Shown in pieces: positions 1 through 12,430 of a stretch of DNA of 64,000 bases (position 1 is its first letter; the number at the start of each line of letters is the position of its first letter). The stretch is taken from contig CM052817.1 of assembly GCA_028534125.1 (NCBI GenBank), positions 26,476,001-26,540,000 on the forward strand. Reading direction: 5' to 3'. Position numbers and translations under genes: made by a program. The DNA is from Lama glama. Its lineage: Eukaryota. The notes below the pieces were generated by a model. The model made no database searches. It was not told where the DNA came from and saw nothing but the letters and a program-made list of their open reading frames with translations.

Positions 1-99
1 GAATCTGTGGCTCTGCCCTGGATTGCTTTTAGTTGTAAAAGGTGATTGTCAAAATTGGGGATGAATTTTTTTAAAAAAGATATCTGACCTTTTATGTGT

Positions 100-660
100 C
101 TTCTGATTGAAAAATACACTACCACCACCTATGAAGCTTTTTTGCCTCCAAATAACCAGAAGCAGATAAAGCCTTTAAATCTGACTACTACTTTATATGG
201 ATTTATAGGGAACAGAGGAACATGTTAAATGGCACCATGGGGATACAGTCAGGAAAATCCAAACTGTGAATATCTGGGATAAATGATCTAATTTTTTCAA
301 CAAATTGTAAAAATAAACAAAACAAAACAAAACAAAACAACAACAACAGCAAAAACAAACCAAAAAAAACTTAGGGATAGGGGAGAACCTTTAGATTAAG
401 TTAAATGTATCAGTCAAATGCAATGTGTAGACTTGTTTTGACCTTGATTCAAACAAATCACTGTAAAGACAATTTTTTGAGACTACTGGAGGAAACTTTT
501 AGCCATTTTAAGAAACATATTAAGGAACTACTTTTAATTTTGTAAGATGGTGGTGACACAGTGGTTATTATATATTTTTTTAGAGTCCTTTTTGAAATAC
601 ATACTGAAATATTTACAGTTGAAATGATAAGAAATCTGGGACATGCTTAAAAGTAAGTTA
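100..660 (+). mobile_element. Ancient L1 3' end fragment (L1MC-like)
   Basis: Decayed L1MC-type 3' UTR (cagaggaacatgttaaat...aaatgcaatgtgtagacttg...tactgaaatatttacag); similar to 13385-13790. Confidence 0.6.
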
Positions 661-916
661 ACAGTTTTTTTTTTAAATGTGATGAACAGCAGATAAATAG
701 CTTGAAATTTGGGAACATAAGCATATACATTAATTCATTCAGTAAACATCCTTTGAACACCAACTTTGGTTGAGGCATGCAATTCAATTAGAGAACATTT
801 TCAGAGCAGTAAGCTAACTACTGAAAGGTGAGATGCTATAAATAACTGACTTAACTGATGAGGGGAGCAGTAGAGAAGGAGCGATGAGAGCTGAATTATG
901 GTTAAAGAGATCTAAG

Positions 917-1014
917 TTTTTTTTTTTTTTTTTTAATGGAGGTACTAGGGGTTTGAACTGAGGACCTCATGCATGCTAAGCATGTGTTCTATCACTGAGC
1001 TCTACCCACCCCCC
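917..1014 (-). mobile_element. tRNA-derived SINE, camelid vic-1-like
   Basis: Reverse complement reads GGGGGGTGGGTAGAGCTCAGTGATAGA...GGTCCTCAGTTCAAACCCC...poly(A), with A- and B-box remnants. Confidence 0.85.
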
Positions 1015-2218
1015 AAGGTTGGTTGGTTGGCTGTTTTTTTAACTAAACTTTTATTTGAAATATCACATTCATAAAGGACAATGCACAAATAAGAATTATG
1101 TAGTGTAAAAGAGTTTTACAAAGTGAATACCTCTGTTTAGTCGTCACTCAGAGTTGAATTTTGAACAAAATATTGCTTGAAGTAATAAATATGGATTAGA
1201 GTAGAAATGGAAGTCTTAAGCAAAGAAATAATTAGAAATCCAAGAACAATATATTTGCTTAAAACTTCAGGCTAAATTTTGCCCTGGAAATATGATACTT
1301 GAAAAACAATCTGTGGATCTGCTGGAGTCTTAGGGCAACTTAATGAGCAGAATATGGAATGTTTGTGTGCATATGTATTTTATGCTTAAGGTCAAAACTT
1401 GTACTGTTTATAACCGAGGAACAAGAATCTATTGAATTCATTAAATCAACTCTTATTATTAACAGATTTTTTTTGTTGTTATGTTATTGTAGCTGTTGTT
1501 GACCTTCAGGATTTATATACTTGACTTCCACAGGCAGGAGCTGTGGTCTTTCAAGAGGCTCAGGTTCATTTGATATTTTAAAATCATCTGTTTGGAATAG
1601 TTTTCATAAGTTAACAATCGATTATCTTTAACAGTAAGACGGCAGTTCATGCTATAATGAGTGGATTTGCTAATGGCTATTCCTGAGGGTGCTATTCTAT
1701 AAAGCAATAGCTTTATGCCTCATTTTACTGATAAGGGAATAGGTACAGATAGGCAGAGTATTTGTCGTTGGTCCTATTACACAGTCATTTACTGGCAGAG
1801 CTGCTAACCAGACCAAAGCTGGCTGGCTTCAGAATATTTAGTTAATCTGGTTGTTGTGAAGATTCTTTGTTAATAAGTCACTTAACGCAATGCCTGAATC
1901 CATGTGTGTAATAATTGTTAGATATTATTAATATTATTGTTGTCATCATTATTTCAGAGAGAAATTCTGGTAGCACACGGACATTCTCTCCCCACAGAAG
2001 AAGTTCTACTTACGTCTGTAGGTAGATGAATTGCTATCAGGCTTCCATCCTCAAAGCGTAGATGAAACATACATTAAAAACATTCATTTGGGGGCTTTTT
2101 GAAATTGTAAATCTCTAAATCCTCATGAAAATAATCTCATGTGTTTGAGTAAAGGTTTGTTTTCTCTTAAGAATATAGGATAAATTAATTTTATCTGTTC
2201 CAATTCCTTTTGTAACAG

Positions 2219-2342
2219 AACTTAAGCAGAACGGTGGCAAGCCCTATCTCTCTGTGATTACGGGGAGAGGAAACCATAGCCAGGGAGGAGTTGCTCGCAT
2301 CAAACCAGCCGTCATCAAATACCTCACAAGCCATAGCTTCAG
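2219..2342 (+). CDS. N4BP2: NEDD4-binding protein 2, penultimate coding exon (Smr domain)
   Basis: Acceptor ttccttttgtaacag|AA and donor TTCAG|gtgagt. The 124-nt exon reads (E)LKQNGGKPYLSVITGRGNHSQGGVARIKPAVIKYLTSHSF(R), with the Smr-type ITGRGNHS motif, matching the N4BP2 C-terminus as I recall it. Confidence 0.96.
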
Positions 2343-3601
2343 GTGAGTATAGATTTCTGTGGATCATTGCAATTGCCCATATACAGATAGTAAACACGAA
2401 TAATATGCTTGGAGCGGTTTGTTAAAATAGTTAACTAAATTTAACTATCTGATTTTAGACACAAATTCATGCTTAAATTATGATATAACATTCCCTGCTG
2501 GATCTGTGATGTCCAGGAAACCCAAAATGAAAGACAGATGTGTTTCTTGTTGAAGTAATCATGTGACAAAACTATCTCTATCATAAGTTTAAAATCTAAA
2601 AAAGGAAAAAAATGTAAAAGAAAATAAGTATATTTGTATTTTTTGATAATGTATTATTCAAGATATAATTAGATTATACATATTATAGTTTAAGGTTACT
2701 GTTTAATTCCTTTAAAGGGAAACATGTTTGTGGATTTTGGAAAAAATTGAGGCTTCTGCTAAAATACGGTTATAATTTGGATATAATTAAGCTTTAGTGG
2801 TAATCTCCAGTCAATTATGAATTTGTACACCTTTATAAATTAAATACCATTAATGGTCTTAGTTGACAAACATGAAATGTCCTTTTCTATTAAGAGATTA
2901 TTATTTAGTAACAGCAAATGACAAGAAAAGTCCAAGAATAAAAATTTGTTGATGGATAGATTCCCTGAAGATATATATCATTATATTTCTTATTTCTGGT
3001 TTCAGTTAATGTAGCATATTTTGTTTATGCCCTGTAATTAAATACTGGCTACATTATAGAAAATGGTATATGTATTCTGAGCATGACAACAGATGACATT
3101 TCAGAGTTATTTTTACAAAAGGAGTAGTTAGACCAGAACATTATCATATTGGGATTAATGATCTATTTTAGAGACTGGTGTTTCTTTAAATTTCGCACTG
3201 AGAGAGTTGAGAGCACTTCATGGCCTAATAAATCAGACTTACCTATCAGAAGTTTCTTCTTGGTACTGACACAGTGCATGGAAGTAATGTAATGCAGACA
3301 TTGACTTACCCTTCTTACAGCATGCTCTTCTTCATGAAGGTCAAATTCAGGGTTGAGAATTTAAAAAAATCTTAAGTTGTAATAAGCACTAAGTTAGGAG
3401 TAACCCTCAGCCTTAGACTTGTATTTATTTTGATAATAGATTAGAAGGAACATAAGTATAGATAATGGCCCTGGGTGTGACTTAACAGAGAGTACTTTGA
3501 TAATAAATGTTTTTTAGCATAGGTTCTTGGAATTGATTACAGGATATATTTATCAGTTTGAAATTTTTGTCTTTAAAATACCTCTTTTCTCATTTCTGCA
3601 G

Positions 3602-3647
3602 GTTCTCTGAAATTAAACCAGGGTGCTTGAAAGTCATGCTAAAGTAA
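3602..3647 (+). CDS. N4BP2: NEDD4-binding protein 2, final coding exon
   Basis: Acceptor cttttctcatttctgcag|G. Phase matches the previous exon (AG+G = Arg). Reads FSEIKPGCLKVMLK-TAA (stop 3645-3647). Confidence 0.96.
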
Positions 3648-6600
3648 AATAAATGTCCTTGATTTAAAAGTGTGAAGGTTTGTAGGTTAAAATTAGTTTT
3701 ATTTGCAGTAGTCAATTTTACAGTAAACCTGTGTTTTATTAGAAATAATGTCCAATTATAAAACAGAAAAACATAATGTTTTTCAAAACTCAAGAGAAGT
3801 TTAATTTTTTACTGAATCAAATGCCAAATTTGTCTGTTACAAATAACTAAAGAGAATTTTTATTGATTACACAGTGTCTAAGAAAATTATCAGCTGCAAT
3901 TTTAAAGTTTGAAATGCTCTGATTCTTTCTCAGACAGAAAATGTTACCTTTGTATTAATTGTCGTTTGACATTTAGTGAAGTCTTAAAGACTTCTATGAG
4001 AGATGTTTAAAGTGCTTTGAGGCCTGGTTCATGCCCTTCAAAGGCTTGTATGAAAAAAAGTAGTAGTAACTAAAGAAAGGAGATCTAACAAAAACACTTG
4101 AGTACTTTTTGATTTCAAAAAATACAGAAAAAATCATTTTGCCGTGTCCTACAGGAAGACGTGCTGTTGTACTTTCTTCTGCTGTGTATATAATCTTGAT
4201 CTCTTACCTTTTGTTCCTTTGTTCTGTGTGTCTGCATTTTCTAGGAGTAAAATTGGGGTCTGAGCTTATATTGCAGTTTTATACCTTTCATAGGCAAAAA
4301 AGTTTTCAGAGAAGGAGAAATGGTTAGATACCTACCAACTGTTACTGTCTTCTAGAATTGCTTCAAGTCTCATAGAACTGTCTTCTGTAAGTGGTATTTA
4401 AGACGGTACTAAAGAGCTATATTTTGTATTTGAGGCATGTAATTTCTAAACTGCAGTAAGTCAGAATCCTATTGACTTAAAACAAATATAGAAAACATTT
4501 TTTTATATAATCATAAATTCTTACAATTGAAAAGTTTTTTACCTTTATTTTTAAAAAGAGCCAACTTTCTGAAAGGAAACTTTCATTTACTTCTGGTTTT
4601 TGGTGAGCTGAAAAGTCCTGTTAGTATGTCAGTTACAGCTTCCTTACACAAGTTTAATGTGGTAAAGTATAATTTTCCAATGTAAGACGCTGGTTTAAAT
4701 AAATTGAACTTTGGATGCGGGGGATATTTTAAACATATATAATTTTAGCAAACAGTTGTGTTGCTTTTTGATAAGCTTAAAAAAGCATTTGGATCAGGAA
4801 TTACAGGATTGAGCTGTTACTGAAAGAATCCTAAATTACAGAATGGCTTCCCAAAAGAACAAACATTTTAATGAAAATAAAACTCAGAAACACATTTTTA
4901 TATATCATGAAAGCATGCTTGTAAAAGGAGTGCCACATCATTGAATTTATTCCCACAAAAATAAAAATATATGTTTATTGCTTAGAAATAGTGATTGGTA
5001 TTGAAGCATTCACATTATGTTTATAGTAATTTGTTTAAAAAATGCCAGCAATTTGGCACGTTTTTTGTAATGTCTAGAAGAGTTGTATACATTAAAAATA
5101 AAGCAGTTCTTTTCAACAACTTATTATAAAACTATAGTTTTTAGTTAATGAAATAAAATATTTCTGTGTATAAATTGATATGATTTAAGAAATGTGAATA
5201 ACAGTAGTAAAACCTAGAATTATTTGAGTGTGTGCTGCTGCATACTCATTTTCTATGTTTTTGTCTTTCCTCACCTAGTTAAAAAAAAACAGCTTTGAGC
5301 ACTTCAACTAGACTTATTTCAATATTATTTACTATAATTATGATTAATGTGGGAGCAGTCAAAAAGAACAAGAGGTGAGGTATTTTGTGGGCAGAAAGCA
5401 AATGAAAGAAGCTGTGCTTTATACTGTATCAACTCTTAATTTTATGCTTTTTTGATATATCTAGGGTATTCTTTCTTAATCATCATTCATAAATATAGAC
5501 AAATTTTGAGTATCATAAGTGTTTTTATCAAATTGTTGAATACCAAACTGCCTCCGACACCACTACCTGGCAGAGTTTAAGCAACACATAGCTGTGAAAG
5601 AAAATTCTATAATTGCTTCCTTCTTGTTTTACCCATTTCTAATCATATATGCTGATGGGAAACAGAGTTTGGGGATTATCAGAGTTTTCTCTTCTGCCCA
5701 TTTCTAAATCTTATAGATCAAAAGTAAACACAGGTTTCATGTTTGTACTGGTGTGCTTGTGCTAATACATGATTCATTAAAAATGGCTTGTTGCAGACTT
5801 ATTAATATTTAAAAAAGTGTAACACTTCTGTAGTTTGGAAGGTTTTAGTAACAATTATATTCCTTCAGTAGTCTGTTACCAGGATCTACTGGGGGTAAAA
5901 AGAGAACTAATGTGCAAACCACAGGGGAAGTGGAGTTGGACCGAGGGGACTCTTAACAGTATTTTCAATCTATTCATTTCCTTACTTCAGTGTGAGAAAT
6001 GGAAGCATATTGTCTTACATTTATTGGCTGTTCTTACATCTCTATTATTTTCAAGTTGAGATTTCTTCAATTTATTAGTGTTTCAATACTACTTGCAATT
6101 CTATGGCCTTTAAATATAGGACATATTGTATAGTAGAAATCCTGAGTAATATGTTAAAATGTCTTGTGTATTATAACACATTTTGAGAAGAAAAGCTAAA
6201 TAATTCTGTTGGATTGTTTCCGATCCTTTTGATCTTTTTCTTTTTAAATTCAAGTGTGTTTTATGCTTAGAAAAAGAACATGTATAATAGCAAGACTGAT
6301 TATTTCTGAGCTGGAAATTGGAAACTTTGAAACTCAGGAAATTGCTCTGACAATGTTTTAACTGCTCTCAATTTAAGAAAAATGACAAAATGTATAAAAA
6401 CACAAAAATAAGGTGTACTGTTTTTTCCAAGTGCTTTTTCTAAGTGCTTTTCCATTGTGCAATGAGGTGGAGTTTGATAATCTTTCTGTGTAGTGGTTAA
6501 ATATTGCTTATTTTTATTTACATCGTAAAGAACACAGATTTAAATGTTTATGTGGCCAAAAAAATTGTCATTTAAATCGTGAAGTAAGTTCATGTAGAAT

Positions 6601-7060
6601 GTATGTTAATGGTGCTTATTTTTAAAATGTAATTCAAGTTTACAGTATTACTCATTGTCTCTGCAGAATTTATTAGAGAAACAAGGCTAGAATACATTTA
6701 CATCCCTAAAAGCCTTTTATAACTTCACATTATATGATGACAAATTTTATTATTTACCTTAAAGTTGAGCAATTGACTTTTATGGTCCAAATGATGAACC
6801 CATTATTAACAAGTGATTGAATTAACCATGAGACTTCTCATTAAAATATATTGCAGCTGTCAGTTGGAGAATATATTATAAAATTTTCAGGCAGTGTATC
6901 ACAAACAAAATGTTTTTATTTGTACTGTAAAGAAAATGTAATTTTGCTGTTAACTCTGTACTTTTTTATTGAAAATGTTTTATAAGTTTGCTTTTAAAAT
7001 TTCTTATGAAACCATTTGCAAATTACATACCTTAATTTAATAAAATACTTTAGTCACTGT
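3648..7060 (+). other. N4BP2: N4BP2 3' UTR (~3.4 kb)
   Basis: AT-rich sequence after the stop with no recognisable interspersed repeats. Ends at a canonical poly(A) signal with upstream TGTA motifs; repeats resume after ~7400. Confidence 0.8.
7039..7044 (+). terminator. N4BP2: Distal polyadenylation signal AATAAA of N4BP2
   Basis: AATAAA preceded by several TGTA motifs (6921-6960) and followed by CA at ~7055 and GT-rich sequence. Confidence 0.75.
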
Positions 7061-7829
7061 CCAGTGTGAGGAAATCCTTCATTTGATGTGGTAGAGTTAG
7101 TGGCTTAAATATGAACATATATTTTTATGTGAAACTTTCTAATTTTAAGGGAAAAGGGTCATAAAAATTCCATTTTTCTACCACAACTTTCATTCTAGTT
7201 TAAATTATTTTGCTGTAGCAAACAGAGGTCTACATTTGAACCAGATAAATGGATTAACTAGGTTTAGCTCTTCACACCCTTGCATTTTTTAACTGTCAGA
7301 AGAATTGTGTCCCTGAAGGATTTAAGTAGTATTTTAATTAATATTAAAGACCTTTGAACTTTAGTCAGTTCCAAAGTAGAATAATTTACTTTTTCAAGAA
7401 AGACTTAAAATATTTATTCAGAAAATGTTTATTCAACACTTGTTACTAGGGATACAGAATGAGACAGAGCTTCTATCCACAGGTGTCTTATAATTATTCT
7501 CATCAGCTATTTTGTGTATAGTGATTTATAGTGTGGAATATTTTCATATACATTATTTTAAGATTCAGGAGAATCTTATTACCTAAGTGTCTTACAGAGA
7601 CTTAGACTGATTTGCCTAGTTAGTGACACAGGTAAGACTTCAACCTAGGTTCTCTGACTCCTAGTATAGAGCAACTGCATCTGTCATAAGAGTAAGAATA
7701 ATTACTGAAAAAGCTCTAATACCCTGTTATCCCCAGTGGAGAGAGATGTGGCTCCACAGTATATGTCTGTGAAAGTCTCAGTTATAAACCTGTCTTCCTC
7801 CTTTATCCAAGGGAAGCTGGTATTATGGG

Positions 7830-8292
7830 TTTTTCCACTGGCAAAGATGAAAGTTTCTTTCTGTCTTAATCTAAAATTCCAGAAATACAGAGTCCAGGAC
7901 TGATGGACATGCTCATTTCCATGGAGTTTTTTGGGATCTAGGATCCTTTTAGCTCACCACTCTACCATATCCAAGATGTGGCCCTCATTTTCCTAAAGCA
8001 CGGTGGGTGGCTACAGCTCCAATCTTCATAAGTACATTCTGTTGGAGAAGGACAAAGACAGGAGCAATGGGCACGTGCCAAGGATCTTTTATAGAAGAAT
8101 TATGGAAGCTGCCAAAGGACACTTCCACTTACATCGTATTGGCCAGAACTTAGTCACATGGTCACATCTAGCTGCAAGAGTGGCTGGGAAATTGTCTATA
8201 TTTCAGACTGCCATATCATCAGCTAAACTTTGGACATTCTCTTGGAGTAAAGAGAATGGATGTTAGGGAAATGAATAGCAGTCTCTGCTACA
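7830..8292 (-). mobile_element. MaLR LTR (MLT1J-like)
   Basis: Diagnostic ttggccagaacttagtcacatggtcacatctagctgcaagagtggctgggaaa; terminus gtctctgctaca. Confidence 0.75.
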
Positions 8293-8924
8293 TCATTTTT
8301 GATCACTGAATGCAGATTATATGAGAATTAGTTTTTATACGTTTATTCAACAGATCTTTGTTGATGACTGCTATGTACTAGGAATAATAAAAAGAAAATC
8401 ACAGTTGTATGTGTTTTTAGTTAAATATTCAAGTAATATCAGTAACCTACATGGCTAATGGAATGGGCTTCACTTGATGACCTAACTGCTAATTGGATCA
8501 CTTTTGATCTAATAACTCAGTTGTGGCACCTTGATTAAGTAAGTTATTTCTAGGATACTGCTTAGCTAATATATTTGCATAGTGACGTTCTGTTTTCTTT
8601 AATTAAACATTTATTAATCACATTCATTTATAAAAAAGCTTAGTACTCGGTACAAGTGATTTAAAGCTAAGTAAACTGGAGTAGGGAGATGTAAATATGT
8701 ATATGTATTAAGAACTAGATGCTGTTTATAAAGAATTGTGGAAACACTGGGGAGAATAAGCAATTTTGGGGGGAAGGAGGTAAATTTGAATTTTTCTCTC
8801 GATTGAAATTTTTTATATGATTTTTTTGTAGGGAAAAGATTAAACACTGCAAATTTATGGCTTTTGTATATGTATAACCATACAGTTGCACCTTTCATAG
8901 ATTGTGGAGCACTCTTCTGGGTAA

Positions 8925-10545
8925 TCTTGCTTTGAATTTAAATTTTGTGAGCCATGTAAGATGGGGGCCCAGTTTAATTCGTCTGCATGTGAATATCCAG
9001 TTTTCCCAACACCATTTATTGAGGAGAGTATTCTTTTCCCCTTGAGTATTCTTGGCTCTCTTGTCAGATATAATAGGTTTGTTTTGGGGCTCTCTGTTTT
9101 GTTCCATTGATCCCTGTGTCTGTGTTTATGATTACTGTAGCTTTGTAATATAGTTTGAAACCAGGAAGTGTGATGCCTCCAGCCTTGTTCTTCCTCAAGG
9201 TTGCTTTGGCCATTCAGGGTCTTTTGTGGTTCCATGCAAACTTTAGGGTTGTTTATTCTATTTCTGTGAAAAATGCCATTGGAATTTTGATAGGAATTGC
9301 ATTGAATCTATAAATGGATTTAGATCGTATGGACATTTTAATGTTAACTGTTCTGACTCATGAACATGAGATAATCTTTTTGTTTATTTGTGTCTTCAGT
9401 TTTCTTCATCAACATCTTACAGTTTTCAGTGTACATATCTTTCACTTCCTTGGTTCAGTTTATTTGTAAGTATTTTATTGTTTTTGATGCTATTGTAAAT
9501 AGGGTTATTTCCTTTTTTCTTTGTCAGATAGTTCATTATTAGTGTATAGAAACACAACTGCATTTCGTATGTTGATTTTGTATCCTGGGACTTTATCGAT
9601 GTGTTTATTAGTTCTAACAGTTTTTGGTGAAATCTTTAGGATTTTCTATATAAGATCACATCATTTGCAGATAGACAGTTTAACTTCTTTCTTTCTGATT
9701 TGGATGCCTTTTATTTCTTATTCTTGCATAATTGCTCTGACTAAGACTTCCTGTACTGTGTTGAATAGGAGTAGTGAGAGTGGGCACCCTTGTCTTGATC
9801 CTGATCATAGAGGAAAAGCTTTCAATCTTTTACCATTGAGTATAATGTTAGCTGTGGGTTTGTCATATACGGCTTTTATTATGTTGAGGAATGCTCCTTC
9901 TATACCCATTTTGTTGAGTGTTCTTATCATGAAAGAATGTTGAATTTTGTCTAACACTGCGTCTATTGAGGTGATCAAATGATTTTTTCATTTCATTCTG
10001 TTAATTTGGCTTATCACATTTATTGATTTATGTATGTTAAATCATCTTTGCATCCCAGAGATAAATCCCACTTGATCGTAGTGTGCGGTCTTTTTAACAC
10101 ACTGTTGAATTCAGTTTGGTAGTATTTTTTTGGGAATTTTTCATCTATATTCATCAGGGGTATTAGTCTGTAGTTTTTTTTTTTTTTCCTCGTATTTTTT
10201 TCTGGCTTTGGTATCAGAGTAATGCTGGCCTCATAAAATGAGTTTGGGAGTTCCCTCCTCTTCAATTTTTTGGAAGAATTTGAGAAGAACTGGTGTTAAT
10301 TCATTAAATATTTAGTAGAAAGTTTCAGCCATGAAACTTTCTGGTCCTGGACTTTTCTTTGTTGGGAAGTTTCTGATTACTGATTCAGTCTCTTTACTTA
10401 TTGGTCTATTTAGATGTTCTATTTCTTTTTGATTCAGACTTGGTAGGTTGTACGTTTCTAGGAATTTATCAATTTCTTTTAGGTTGCAGTTTATCTGTTT
10501 CTTTTTGTTGGCATAGAATTGTTCATAGTAGTCTCTTATCTTTTA
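8925..10545 (-). mobile_element. L1 ORF2 internal fragment (RT to C-terminal region), disrupted
   Basis: Minus-strand ORF pieces LPNSFYEASITLIPKP, NYRLIPLMNID and NKWCWENWIFTCRRIKLGPHLT are L1 ORF2 hallmarks; multiple frameshifts. Confidence 0.95.
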
Positions 10546-10619
10546 TATTTGCAAGGAATGTTGCCTTGGCAGAGCAAGAGACCAAAAGAAAAAAAAAAAA
10601 GAAAGAAAAAAATCTTAAA

Positions 10620-12430
10620 ACACTTAGAACCACTACTGTCCCTCACAGATTAGCAGCCCAAAGTCACATGACCTCTGTAGTCCAAAAAACTTCAATGAAT
10701 TGCGTTTGAAGAGGTCCCAGCCTTAGTTGCCTGGCAGAGGCAAACACAGATCTTTTCAGGAAGAATATGCCTTTATCTTGGAGGATTAAAAACAAATTTT
10801 TTTTTCACAAATAATTTCCAAGGAAAACAAGCAGTTTACAATAAAAAAATAACCAAGCATACAAGGAACTAATACACTCAAGAATGGTAACTATTAGAGA
10901 CAAAAGAGCAGAAACAGACCTGTAAAAACTGCCTTAGTTGACAAAAGTAGGTTAAAACATAGCCATGTAAAGATATAGCCTATGTTCTTAACTACCATAT
11001 ATGCAAAAATCCTAACAAAATATTAGACAAATTCAGTGATATATCACAACTAAGTGGATTTTTCAGGAATACAAGGATATAATTTGCCATATTAACATAA
11101 GGGAAGAAAAAAGGAAAAAAATCATTAACTTCCTAGATATGGAAACAGTGTTTGATAAAATTCAGCACCTATCCTATAAAAATATTTTGGATAATTAGGA
11201 ATAGACAGGAACTACTTCTGTCTGATAAAAAATATTTATTTACAAAGCACAAGTATACTTAAAGGTAAAATGCTGAAATCTTTCCTCCTGAGATTGGAAA
11301 CTGGATCTATATGAATTAAAATCAAACTGGCTTCCTACCTAACAGTAAACATAGGTGGGCTCCAGAAGAATTCTGATACATTTGTGACAGGTGAAGCTAT
11401 AAAATTATTGCATACAATTAATGGCATCAACTTTAGAAATCAGTTTATTATTTCTGAAATCAAGATGAATCTTACCATAGATTATTTTCTACAATTGCCA
11501 TTGGCCATTCTTTTCCACAGTTAAACATCTCTGAAATCAGTGTGCATCTTTACATATGGCATCTGAGATTTCATTAAATACCATTTACAGTTTTGGAAAA
11601 CATTTTTGTGATGTAGGGGTGGGGAGGAACTTAAAACCCCAGAAACGAAAGCCATAAGGCAAATTTGATGCATTTGATAACAAAATTAAGGTTTCCTGCC
11701 CAATGAAGAACATCATGAGTGACAGCAGAAAATATTTGCAATGTCTGAATGACAAAGGACTAATTTCTAAATATAAAAAGAACTGTGAAAATGGAAAATG
11801 AGTCAAAGAATATAAGGCCATTTATAGAATGGGAGACTAAAAGCTAATAAGCCAATAAACAGGTGCTCAAATTTATTCCTAAAAAGAGAAATACAATTAA
11901 AGTAAAAATGAAATATTCTCATATGTGTTAGTCTGGCAAAATGGGAACCCGGATAATGCTATTCGTTACTCTCATGCACTACTGATGGAAGCGCAGACTT
12001 GTGAGAGGCCTGGAGAGCGTTCTAGTAGTGCTTAGTTAGGTTCAGAAGTTTATGTAGCTAGTCACACAGCAACCATACTGCTGGGTATATCCATAGGAAT
12101 TTCCAGACAGGGTCGCAGGGATGTGGGAAACTGGAGGTACTTGGGTCTTCATCACTTAGGGAATGTGAAGCTGGTGGATACTACACTATTGAGCGCTGTG
12201 AAGGAGTTAGAGGCGATGGGCGTGATGGACACACAGCAACGTAGATAAAAACAGTGAATGTGAAAAAAAGATACATAGCACAATTCTATTTATGTGAATT
12301 AAAAATACATGCACACAAAACAACAATGCATGCTTTACAAAAACAGATCCACATGAAAAATACAGAGTTTTCCGGGGGTAGGGAAAGGGTATGGAAATGA
12401 GGAAGGCAGCAAGAAAGGAATAAATCAATA
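10620..12430 (+). mobile_element. Ancient fragmented L1 (L1M/L1ME-like)
   Basis: Decayed ORF2 pieces (atgcaaaaatcctaacaaaatattag; tttgataaaattcagcacc) followed by 3'-end-like sequence. Confidence 0.65.
11430..11583 (+). mobile_element. MER104-like Tc2/mariner MITE nested in the old L1
   Basis: aacatctctgaaatcagtgtgcatctt...atggcatctgagatttcattaaatac matches the MER104 end as recalled. Confidence 0.55.

Noticed and set aside
1466..1710. Possible cryptic or poison exon in the N4BP2 intron (T-rich tract with several AGs)
   Set aside because: No strong downstream donor and no support for inclusion from sequence alone.
2191..2397. 68-aa minus-strand ORF, and the similar ORF at 3590-3793
   Set aside because: They are antisense shadows of the real N4BP2 exons on the + strand.
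8855..10265. ORFs with reverse-transcriptase-like peptides
   Set aside because: They are frameshifted fragments of an L1 ORF2, not a functional gene or a novel retroelement system.
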